Of a stretch of 23,299 nt of DNA, positions 9,059 to 17,055 are shown one piece after another (position 1 is the stretch's first letter; the number at the start of each line of letters is the position of its first letter). Source of the stretch: an uncultured Deinococcales bacterium (lineage in GTDB: Bacteria > Deinococcota > Deinococci > Deinococcales > JAAFIG01). The stretch is from NCBI GenBank assembly GCA_964247135.1, contig CAXTTL010000051.1:1-23299 (forward strand), in the 5' to 3' direction. The notes below the pieces were generated by a model. It saw only the letters and a list, made by a program, of their open reading frames with translations, made no database searches and was not told the DNA's origin. Made by a program: the position numbers and the translations under genes.

Positions 9059-10599
9059 CCTTGCTAGCTTCCAAGCCCCCTGTCGAGTTTGGAGATTTTC
9101 AAACACCCCCAGAACTTGCCCGAAAAGTTGTAGACCTGGCTCGAGTACGTGGTTTTAAGCCGAAAAGCATTTTCGAGCCAACCTGCGGTGTTGCGAATCT
9201 CTTAAGGGCGGCGCTTGATACTTTTGAAATTGAACACGCATTGGGAGTTGAAATTCAAGCCGATTATGTGGCTCGAGCCAGGTCAAAATGCAGTGCTCGA
9301 GTTGAAATTTGGCATTCGGATTTCTTTGAACTAAATCTTAAAGAATTGATTTCAAAATTGACCCCACCCATTTTAATTGTTGGGAATCCACCGTGGGTGA
9401 CAAGTGCAACCATTGGCGTTGCTGGCGGTACGAACCTTCCTAGAAAGCAAAATCTTCAAGGGTTCTCGGGACTAGATGCCATGACGGGCAAAAGCAATTT
9501 CGATATTTCGGAAGCAATTTTAATTCGATTGCTCGAGTGCGTCTCTCAAACCTCAAACATGTTGGTCATGATCGTCAAATCAAGTGTGGCACGAAAGATT
9601 TTGCGTTACGCTGCAAAACATAAACTTGGAATTGCAAACTGGGCATTGTATGGCATTGATGCCAAAAAAGAATTCAACGCTGCCGTTGATGCCAGCGTTT
9701 TTGTCTGCCAAGGAAATCGAGCAATCCCAAATTATGACTGTCAAGTATTTGCTGACCTTGAGTCAGGCATACCAACGCATATAATTGGATTTCAAAATGG
9801 ACATTTGATCGCAGATGTTAAAGCCTACACTCGAGCGCAGGCGTTCATTGGGCAAAATGCTCTTGAATGGCGTTCTGGTATTAAGCACGATTGTGCAAAA
9901 GTTATGGAATTGCGCCAAGTTGAAACTGGTTTTGAAAACGGTTTGGGCGAACGTGTCAACCTTGAAATGGATTATCTTTACCCAATGCTTAAAAGCTCTG
10001 ATCTTGGCAATTCAAGGCTCGAGCCTCGGTTGTGGATGATCGTTCCACAAAAATTTATTGGTGAGAACACAAACAATGTACAGTCACGCGCTCCTCTAAC
10101 TTGGGCATACCTGACGCGTCACCGTGAAGCCTTACAAGCAAGGCAAAGTTCGATTTACAAGAACAATCCAGAATTCAGTATTTTCGGCGTCGGAGATTAC
10201 AGTTTCTCGAGTTGGAAAGTTGCCATTTCGGGTTTGTACAAAAGCCTCGAGTTTCAAGTGATAGCGCCTTGGAATAATAAACAGGTGGTCTTTGATGACA
10301 CTTGTTACTTCTTGCCATGTCAAACCGAAGGAGAAGCACTCGTGATTCATGCGCTTTTATGCTCCAGTGAAGCTCGAGATGCCTTAAGTGCCTTGGTGTT
10401 CTGGGATGAAAAACGCCCAATTACCAAAGAACGTCTGAACCAACTTGAAGTGCAAACCCTTGCCGTTCGTTTAAAATCTCGAGTGATGGCTAAGTTGTTG
10501 GCAAAGTATTCAGACACATTAGTTGAAATTCAGATTCGTGATGCGTTCATCAAATTATTCCAAGAATCTAACCAAGATGTACCTTTGCTTTTCGGTTAA
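9055..10599 (+). CDS. N6-adenine DNA methyltransferase, gamma class (M.NspV/TaqI-like)
   Basis: Motif X 'GDFQTP', motif I 'FEPTCGVAN', motif IV 'GNPPW', C-terminal TRD; coupled to the upstream endonuclease. Confidence 0.85.
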   Translation: MTLLASKPPVEFGDFQTPPELARKVVDLARVRGFKPKSIFEPTCGVANLLRAALDTFEIEHALGVEIQADYVARARSKCSARVEIWHSDFFELNLKELISKLTPPILIVGNPPWVTSATIGVAGGTNLPRKQNLQGFSGLDAMTGKSNFDISEAILIRLLECVSQTSNMLVMIVKSSVARKILRYAAKHKLGIANWALYGIDAKKEFNAAVDASVFVCQGNRAIPNYDCQVFADLESGIPTHIIGFQNGHLIADVKAYTRAQAFIGQNALEWRSGIKHDCAKVMELRQVETGFENGLGERVNLEMDYLYPMLKSSDLGNSRLEPRLWMIVPQKFIGENTNNVQSRAPLTWAYLTRHREALQARQSSIYKNNPEFSIFGVGDYSFSSWKVAISGLYKSLEFQVIAPWNNKQVVFDDTCYFLPCQTEGEALVIHALLCSSEARDALSALVFWDEKRPITKERLNQLEVQTLAVRLKSRVMAKLLAKYSDTLVEIQIRDAFIKLFQESNQDVPLLFG

Positions 10600-10696
10600 G
10601 AGTTTGTTGCCGAGAACGTACTCGAGGCTGTGAAATGGATTCTCGAGAAGCAATCTTGGTTTCTGCCATTGACGTAACGCATGGTAGGCTCTGCCC

Positions 10697-12307
10697 ATGA
10701 GCCACTCGAGCGCCCCCGAAAACCTCGAGTTGATTGAGATGGCAGAGCACTTCCCCTACGCCGCGTACCGTCCTGGACAACGCGAAGCCTTGCAAGCCAC
10801 AAGGGCAGCCTTCGCCAAAGGCAAGCGTTTTGTGATCGTCGAAGCCCCAACTGGCGCGGGCAAATCGGGCATTGCGGTTACGATGGCTCGAGAAGCCAAA
10901 AGTGCTTACGTTCTGACCGCACAAAAATTATTGCAAGACCAGTATGCCAGGGATTTTCCTGATTTGGCGGTGGTCAAGGGTCGTGCCAATTACCCGTGTT
11001 TGGTTATGGATACCCACGCTGGTGCAGCGCCGTGCATGGCTGGGCGCAAGTTCCCAATCTGCGAGGAATGCACGTACATCATTGCCAAAGACGATGCCCT
11101 TCACGCGCACACCGCAACCCTGAATTACTCGTACTTTCTGGCGGAAATCAACCATGCGGGCGCATTCCAAAAACGTGATCTTTTAATCTTGGACGAAGCG
11201 CACAACACCGAAGACATGCTGATGCGTTTTGTTGAAGTCTATGTTTCAAAACAAACCTTGGCTCGAGCGGGCATGGACATCGAATTCCCAACCACTCCCG
11301 ATCTCGAGGAACGCATTCATTTCGCCATTTCCTTGCTGCCAGAAGTAGCGAAAGCCTTGTACAAACTCGAGATGCACCTCGAAGACCTTGAAGAAATCCC
11401 GCCCGATCTTGCCACGCACAAAAACGAACTCGAGGGACTGTGCAAACGCCTCGCGCTCTTGCGCGATGACACCGACGCGGCTTGGGTTTGCGAGCAATCC
11501 GACGATCAAGGTTTGATGGGTGGCGGCGCGATGTGGTGGCGTTTCCGCCCCGTGCGCGTCAACACTTTCGCTTACGATTTTGTCTTCAAACATGCTGATC
11601 GCGTTTTGTTTTTGAGCGCCACGATCCTCGACCCGCAAACGTTTCTTCGCGCCCTGGGCATTCCACTCGAGGATGCCGCCTTCATTCGTGTCCCCTCGAG
11701 CTTCCCCGCCAAAAACCGTCCGATTTACCCGCTCAACGTCGCACGCCTCAACCGTGACACCCTCGATGCCGAACTGCCGCGCATCACCAACGTTGTCATG
11801 AAACTTCTCGAGCATCACAGCAGCGAAAAAGGCGTGATTCACGCGCATTCGTACAAAATTTTGCGCCATCTCGTCTCGAGTTTGCCAGGAAAATACCAGA
11901 ACCGTTTGATCTATCACTTCGGGGCTGAAGGACGCGAGGATGCTCTGGAACGACATCTCTCGAGCAAGAAACCCACGGTGCTCTTGACACCCAGCATGAC
12001 CGAAGGCATTGATCTGGCAGACGATCACGCCCGATGGCAGATCATTGTCAAAGTGCCATACCCGTACTTGGGCGACCCGCAAGTGAATGCCCGCCGCAGC
12101 ATCGACCCCAGTTGGTACGAATGGCGCACCGCCTTGCGCCTCGTGCAAGCCTATGGTCGCGCCGTGCGAAGCAGCGACGATTACGCTAGCACCTACATTC
12201 TGGACTCGTTGTTCCCAAGTTGGGTGCAACGGCAACGCTCGAGGTTGCCGTCATGGTTTATGGAAGCGATTGCCCCAGCGCGACAAGATGCTCGAGAAGA
12301 AATGTGA
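10697..12307 (+). CDS. DinG/XPD (Rad3)-family SF2 helicase
   Basis: Q motif 'YRPGQ', Walker A 'APTGAGKS', 'DEAH', 'LSAT', 'EGID', 'QAYGRAVR'; four Cys after 'KGRANY' (Fe-S candidates). Confidence 0.88.
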   Translation: MSHSSAPENLELIEMAEHFPYAAYRPGQREALQATRAAFAKGKRFVIVEAPTGAGKSGIAVTMAREAKSAYVLTAQKLLQDQYARDFPDLAVVKGRANYPCLVMDTHAGAAPCMAGRKFPICEECTYIIAKDDALHAHTATLNYSYFLAEINHAGAFQKRDLLILDEAHNTEDMLMRFVEVYVSKQTLARAGMDIEFPTTPDLEERIHFAISLLPEVAKALYKLEMHLEDLEEIPPDLATHKNELEGLCKRLALLRDDTDAAWVCEQSDDQGLMGGGAMWWRFRPVRVNTFAYDFVFKHADRVLFLSATILDPQTFLRALGIPLEDAAFIRVPSSFPAKNRPIYPLNVARLNRDTLDAELPRITNVVMKLLEHHSSEKGVIHAHSYKILRHLVSSLPGKYQNRLIYHFGAEGREDALERHLSSKKPTVLLTPSMTEGIDLADDHARWQIIVKVPYPYLGDPQVNARRSIDPSWYEWRTALRLVQAYGRAVRSSDDYASTYILDSLFPSWVQRQRSRLPSWFMEAIAPARQDAREEM

Positions 12308-12337
12308 TTCCAGTTATTAAAAAAATGTAAAATATTT

Positions 12338-12739
12338 ATGGAAACATCATCTCAAATTACTGGACACGATCTCATTAATTTTATTGGGGGAATTTTTAGC
12401 ATATTGCTTATCTTTCCGTTATTTTATGTGACTTATTTAGCTTTTCAAAAATCAGGTGAATTAATCTATCAATATAAAATTACTGATGAATATTTTGAGA
12501 TTCGCAGATTTTTTCTTTACACAGTATTGAGAATACATAGCTCTGAAATAGAAAAGTATAATTTTAAAGTAGCGCAGAGTGTAATTTTAAGCAATTTTAT
12601 AGTCAAAGATGAAATGTATCTTTCAAATACTCAAAGAGATTTTTTGATTCTTGAACCGAAATTTCAAAAACGCTTAATTGTTGTTTCACCTAAAAAATCG
12701 ACTGAGTTGCTCAATTTTTTAAGTAAAATATCTAATTAG
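12338..12739 (+). CDS. Hypothetical membrane protein, AT-rich
   Basis: 133-aa ORF with one N-terminal hydrophobic helix; much more AT-rich than its neighbours; no recognisable motif. Confidence 0.55.
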   Translation: METSSQITGHDLINFIGGIFSILLIFPLFYVTYLAFQKSGELIYQYKITDEYFEIRRFFLYTVLRIHSSEIEKYNFKVAQSVILSNFIVKDEMYLSNTQRDFLILEPKFQKRLIVVSPKKSTELLNFLSKISN

Positions 12740-12822
12740 CACAGCATCGCCAACCGTATAATTCTGAAGCAAATTGTTAAGGGAATCAAGCTTTGAAATC
12801 TTGCGTTGCCATGAAACATCAA

Positions 12823-12853
12823 AAAAGCTCGAGAATTAAATTCTCGAGCTTTT
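12823..12853. terminator. Bidirectional terminator-like inverted repeat built on two CTCGAG
   Basis: AAAAGCTCGAGAATT-A-AATTCTCGAGCTTTT: perfect 15-bp arms between convergent transcription units. Confidence 0.7.
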
Positions 12854-13022
12854 CACTAAATACTATTGACATCCTTAACTTGAACAAGACAAAAGTGTTC
12901 TCATAGTGAAAAAATACTCGAGCCTAAATGCCTTCTAAGAAGCAAAAATTGACTTCATCAAATACTAACCGTTCTCGAGTCTCGTCATCCCGAAGTTGCG
13001 GAAGTCAATATTTGTTAACAGC

Positions 13023-13397
13023 TTACTTAACTTCGACGGTTGCGCCAGCGTCAACCAATTGCTTCTTGATTTTCTCGGCTTCGTCCTTGCTCACGCCTTC
13101 TTTAACAGCGCCGCCGGCTTCGGTCAAGTCTTTGGCTTCTTTCAAGCCCAAACCGGTGATGGCACGGACTTCTTTGATGACGTTGATCTTGTTCGCGCCG
13201 GCTTCTTTGAGCACAACGTCGAACTCAGTCTTCTCTTCGACGGCTGCGGCTGGTGCTGCGCCTGCGGCTGGACCGGCGGCGACGGCGACGGCTGCGGTGA
13301 CGCCCCAGGTGTCTTTGAGGGTGTCAATCAGGTCTTTGATTTCCAAGATGGTGGCGCTTGAAAGTTCTTCTACGATACGTGCTTTGTCGAAAGCCAT
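13023..13397 (-). CDS. rplL: 50S ribosomal protein L7/L12
   Basis: '[10 protein letters not shown]...[22 protein letters not shown]'; RBS AAGGAG. Confidence 0.98.
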   Translation of the reverse strand: MAFDKARIVEELSSATILEIKDLIDTLKDTWGVTAAVAVAAGPAAGAAPAAAVEEKTEFDVVLKEAGANKINVIKEVRAITGLGLKEAKDLTEAGGAVKEGVSKDEAEKIKKQLVDAGATVEVK

Positions 13398-13469
13398 GAT
13401 AATTCTCCTTTAAAGTCTCGAGGTTTCTCGAGGGTGAAATAAACTTGCGGTATTTCGAGTTGTCTCGAG

Positions 13470-13991
13470 TTATTCCGAAGCTTGTTGGACTTTGGCATCG
13501 AGGATGCCGACGAGTTCCTGTTGTTTACCGCCGAGCACGCTGACCAGTTGTGATGGTACGGCTTCGAGCACGCCGAGCAATTCTGAACGCAGAACGTCCT
13601 TGCTGGGCAGGTTGGCAATGTCTTCAAAACGCTTCGCATCGATTAAAGCACCGTCCAGAACGCCGCCTTTGGCGTTTGGAATGCCTTTGTCGTTCTTCTT
13701 GGCGTAATCTACCAGGGCTTTGACTGGGCTGATGGCGTCTGCGCCAACGAGCACCAGCGCCGAAGGACCTTTTAAGAGGTCGTTCAGTTCAAAACCTTTG
13801 TCTTTGATCGCCAGGTTAATCAAGGTGTTTTTCGCCACCACGAGACGTGCTCCCACGTTTCGGAGTTCTTTGCGAAGCCCACCCAGCCCCTCGCTGGTCA
13901 AACCTTGGTAGTTCACGACGTAGAAGCTCGATTGTCCCTCTAAGGACTTGCGAAGCGAAGTGAGTGATTCAAGATTGCGTTGATTTGCCAC
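13470..13991 (-). CDS. rplJ: 50S ribosomal protein L10
   Basis: 'VVNYQGLT...LRKELR...VAKNTL...GPSA...IANLPS'; GTG start at 13991 after AGGAGG. Confidence 0.96.
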   Translation of the reverse strand: MANQRNLESLTSLRKSLEGQSSFYVVNYQGLTSEGLGGLRKELRNVGARLVVAKNTLINLAIKDKGFELNDLLKGPSALVLVGADAISPVKALVDYAKKNDKGIPNAKGGVLDGALIDAKRFEDIANLPSKDVLRSELLGVLEAVPSQLVSVLGGKQQELVGILDAKVQQASE

Positions 13992-14044
13992 TTCTTCCTC
14001 CTTTGTCGCGCCAGCAACACAAAACCGCGTTGCAGGCAAGTTTA

Positions 14045-14140
14045 TTACCTCAAAACGCGGGATTTAGGCAAAAGAATTTTAAGCCTTACTCTCGCATCTC
14101 GGCAGGTTCTTTAAGTCTTGCGACCCCTGCTGTCATTGAC
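14045..14140 (-). promoter_or_regulatory. L10 leader (ribosomal protein autoregulatory RNA)
   Basis: Minus strand GACAGCAGGGGTC-GCAA-GACTTAAAGAACCTGCCGAG fits the L10-leader pattern directly upstream of rplJ; boundaries approximate. Confidence 0.75.
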
Positions 14141-14243
14141 GCTCGCAACCCGAGGGTTACGCCTGATTCACCTTTCCCTTAAGGGTTTCCCATACAGGTT
14201 CGCACGGTGTTCAGGATGCTCGAGTATTACCCCAAGCCGAGAA

Positions 14244-14272
14244 AGGGTATCACAGAGTGCTTAAGATGTAAA
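14244..14272 (-). promoter_or_regulatory. Putative sigma70 promoter of rplJL
   Basis: Minus strand TTTACA - 17 nt ending TGA - TACCCT (extended -10). Confidence 0.5.
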
Positions 14273-14338
14273 GGTTTTGAGATTTTGGTTTTGTAGGGTG
14301 CGCTTCTTGACCATAAAATGCACCTTGTAAGTTGGTAG

Positions 14339-14532
14339 TGGAACTCAGCACGACAGATCGCAATGCACCCTGATCCTTGAGATCGTCCCGAAGCGAGATC
14401 GTCGTGCTGCCCGTTTCCAATCGAGTCCGAACGGCTTCTTGACCCTACTACGCCACCTGACGGGGCTGGGTCGCTGCATGAACCTCGAGTTCGCTTTGCA
14501 AGGATGGACGATTGTTGGAAACCCACGTTCCA
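14339..14532 (+). ncRNA. Putative bridge RNA of the IS110 element
   Basis: Two stem/internal-loop domains: CAGCACGAC 14346-14354 / GTCGTGCTG 14401-14409 and GTTTCCAA 14413-14420 / TTGGAAAC 14515-14522; the loops carry target- and donor-matching segments. Confidence 0.8.
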
Positions 14533-14542
14533 GGAGGTCAAA

Positions 14543-15499
14543 ATGCGGAAAGAAGTTTTCATCGGTGCAGACATTAGTAAAACCAGATTAGACGTGTTTA
14601 ACCTTGTCACAGGCGAGATTCTCGAGTTTGAGAACAACCCTGCTGGAATCAAGAAATTCCTGAAATACGCTCGAAAAGCTAAACCCACACTCATCACCTG
14701 CGAAAGCACTGGCGGACTCGAGCAACCTTTGCTCCGCGCGTGTGCCGATACTAAACTCCCAATTGCAGTCCTCAACCCAAGACAAGTCCGCGATTTCGCC
14801 AAAGCAATGGGTAAGTTCGCAAAAACCGACGCGATAGACGCAACCATACTGGCAGAGTTCGGCTCACGAATGCGTCCAGAATTAACCACACCCGCACCAG
14901 AAGAGCTTCGAGCACTCGAGGCAGTCATGAGCCGACGCGCCCAGATTCTCGAGATGATCACAATGGAAACAAATCGTCTTGGCAGCACTCGAGACGCGAA
15001 GGCTCGAGCCAGTTTGGAAGCTGTGATTGAATTTCTGAAAGAACAAGTCAAAGACATGGATTCGCAGATGCTCGAGCTTGTGCGTTCAAACTTGGAACTC
15101 AAAACCTTAGATGAGTTGTTGCAGAGCGTTCCTGGTGTTGGACCAGTGCTGTCTGCGACGTTACTCTCGAGTTTACCCGAACTTGGTCGTGATTCTCGAG
15201 GAGCAATTTCTTCCTTGGTGGGGGTTGCGCCTTTGAACCATGATAGTGGTTCGCACCGTGGAGTACGATTCATTCGTGCTGGTCGTGGGAATGTGCGTTG
15301 TGCATTGTACATGGGGACTCTTTCGGCTGTGCGTTGGAATCCTGCATTGCAGGTGGTGTACGAGCGTTTGGTGTTAGCTGGGAAGGCGAAGATGGTGGCT
15401 TTAGTGGCGTGTATGCGGCGTTTGTTGGGGATATTGAACGCGATTGTGCGGGATCGGAAACCTTGGATGGATGTGACATTGGAGGCTGTAGGGACTTGA
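14543..15499 (+). CDS. IS110 family transposase/recombinase (DEDD RuvC-like plus Tnp_20 domain)
   Basis: 'IGADISK', 'CESTGG', 'KTDAIDA', 'SVPGVG', catalytic-Ser region 'DSGSHRG'; RBS AGGAGG 14532-14537 supports ATG 14543. Confidence 0.95.
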   Translation: MRKEVFIGADISKTRLDVFNLVTGEILEFENNPAGIKKFLKYARKAKPTLITCESTGGLEQPLLRACADTKLPIAVLNPRQVRDFAKAMGKFAKTDAIDATILAEFGSRMRPELTTPAPEELRALEAVMSRRAQILEMITMETNRLGSTRDAKARASLEAVIEFLKEQVKDMDSQMLELVRSNLELKTLDELLQSVPGVGPVLSATLLSSLPELGRDSRGAISSLVGVAPLNHDSGSHRGVRFIRAGRGNVRCALYMGTLSAVRWNPALQVVYERLVLAGKAKMVALVACMRRLLGILNAIVRDRKPWMDVTLEAVGT

Positions 15500-15667
15500 C
15501 TTTTAACACGGCTGCTTCGGGCAGGGTCGCCGTGCGCACCGTCAAGCGCGTACCACCGATTTGGAATTGGTGCGGGCAGATTTTGACAGGCACGAATTTT
15601 GCTCACTCGAGATACCCACCACAATAAACTGGATGCAAAGCCACGGGTTTTGCTCGAGATATCAGGT

Positions 15668-16852
15668 TCAATCAGGGTTGTTGGTTTCAAGCAAATTGTG
15701 AAACGCAAATCCCGCCGCGCCAATCGTGACCGAGTCCAACCCAAACGAGCAACGCTCGACGGTCACACTGCGGTAATCTATGCCAAACAAGCGCCGCTCG
15801 AGTTCTTGGGTGGCGGGTTGAATTAGCGCGTCGCCAAGTTCGGCGACGCGTCCGCCCAAAATCATCAGTTTGGGATCAAAAATATTGGCGAGGTTGCCCA
15901 GAAACGTTCCCAGGTGAATGGCGGTTTTGTGAATGATTTTGACCACAATCGGGTGGCGTTGCTCGAGCAACTCGAGAATCTGTTTTAAATCTGGGCGCTC
16001 GCCCGTGCCAGTCTGGATGGCGCTTTGAATGGCGTTTAAACTGAACAGTGTTTCGGCGCAGCCGACGCTGCCGCACAAGCATTTTTGACCATTTGGGGCG
16101 ACGGTCATGTGTCCCCACTCGCCCGCAAAACCGCGCTGCCCGTGATACAGCCGGTGATCGAGGATCAAGCCGCCGCCGATGCCAGTGGTCATGTGGACGT
16201 ACAGCAGGTCGCCGTCGTGTTTGTGCGATCCAAACAAATATACCGCCATGACCGATAAATTCGCGTCGTTGTCAACAAAAATGCGGTCTGCTGGGATGTC
16301 TGGGATTTGCTTTTGCAACAAACTTAAAAATGGCATGTTTTCCCAACCCAAACTTGGGGCTTTGAGCACCAAACCTCGACCGGCATCGACTGGTCCTGGA
16401 ATGCCGACGCCCAAACCGAGGATGGTTCTGGCGTTTAAAGTCTGATTGGCTCGCAGTTTTTTGACGCATTTCGCCAGACTCGAGATGGCGCTCGTGACGT
16501 TGCTGAAATCCCCCGTAATGCTTTCTCGAGCCAGAATTTCGCCGTCGATGTTGATGGCGACACAACTGATCTCAAACAGGTTTATTTCTGCGCCCAATAA
16601 CGCAAACCTCAAGTCGTTTAAAAAAAGTGGAATCGAAGGTCGCCCCATCGCCAAACTGATCCCACCCTCGCCAATGCGCAGCCAACCGTCCAGCTCGAGA
16701 TCGGTCACCACCGAACTGACGGTGCTTTTGGTAATGCCGAGTTCTTTGGCGACATTGCTTCTCGAGATGCCAGGGTTTTGCCAGACCAGTTTGATGACGC
16801 CACTGCGGTGGGCGCGTTTGGAAGTCATTTTTTCGTTTGAGTTTGAGGTCAT
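15668..16852 (-). CDS. ROK family transcriptional repressor (XylR-like)
   Basis: N-terminal HTH 'ISRSNVAKELGITKSTVS', 'GRP', 'DNDAN', 'GEWGHM...CLCGSVGCAE'. Confidence 0.92.
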   Translation of the reverse strand: MTSNSNEKMTSKRAHRSGVIKLVWQNPGISRSNVAKELGITKSTVSSVVTDLELDGWLRIGEGGISLAMGRPSIPLFLNDLRFALLGAEINLFEISCVAINIDGEILARESITGDFSNVTSAISSLAKCVKKLRANQTLNARTILGLGVGIPGPVDAGRGLVLKAPSLGWENMPFLSLLQKQIPDIPADRIFVDNDANLSVMAVYLFGSHKHDGDLLYVHMTTGIGGGLILDHRLYHGQRGFAGEWGHMTVAPNGQKCLCGSVGCAETLFSLNAIQSAIQTGTGERPDLKQILELLEQRHPIVVKIIHKTAIHLGTFLGNLANIFDPKLMILGGRVAELGDALIQPATQELERRLFGIDYRSVTVERCSFGLDSVTIGAAGFAFHNLLETNNPD

Positions 16853-16905
16853 GGTGTTTTTAAAATCTTGGTTTCCGAAGTCGGAAATCCCAGAAGTCCT
16901 TAAAG

Positions 16906-16930
16906 ACTTATTTCATTTTTGTAACTAAAT
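16906..16930. promoter_or_regulatory. Putative ROK operator 1 (autoregulation)
   Basis: ACTTATTTCATTTTTGTAACTAAAT, a 25-bp XylR-type box, just downstream of a minus-strand extended -10 TGTTATACT (16933-16941). Confidence 0.6.
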
Positions 16931-17024
16931 GCAGTATAACATGACGCATTCGAGAAACGCGATTTGGATAATCTTGCGTTCTAAACAGTATTTTTAATCA
17001 AGAATGAAAATCTCGAGTTGGATA

Positions 17025-17054
17025 TTGACAGATCAATCATCAGGATTGTATGCT
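17025..17054 (+). promoter_or_regulatory. Putative sigma70 promoter of the sugar ABC operon
   Basis: TTGACA (17025-17030) - 18 nt - TATGCT (17049-17054). Confidence 0.65.
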
Positions 17055-17055
17055 C

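Larger units (their letters stand above)
14324..15516 (+). mobile_element. Complete IS110-family element (IS621-like layout)
   Basis: CT core at both ends (14324-14325 and 15515-15516); about 220-nt left non-coding end and a very short right end carrying TTGACT; no terminal inverted repeats; boundaries independently supported by guide matches in the non-coding end. Confidence 0.85.

Noticed and set aside
12928-13413. Plus-strand ORFs over rplL
   Set aside because: Antisense shadows of rplL.
14301-14312. Alternative IS110 left end at CTTCTTGACC, which recurs at 14435-14444
   Set aside because: It gives poor junction-promoter spacing and no left-target guide match, whereas the 14324 CT end satisfies all four guides and 17-nt spacing. 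The 10-nt repeat itself remains unexplained.
14227-15744. 505-aa minus-strand ORF
   Set aside because: Antisense shadow of the IS110 transposase; it crosses both element ends, overlaps the ROK gene and has no recognisable motifs.
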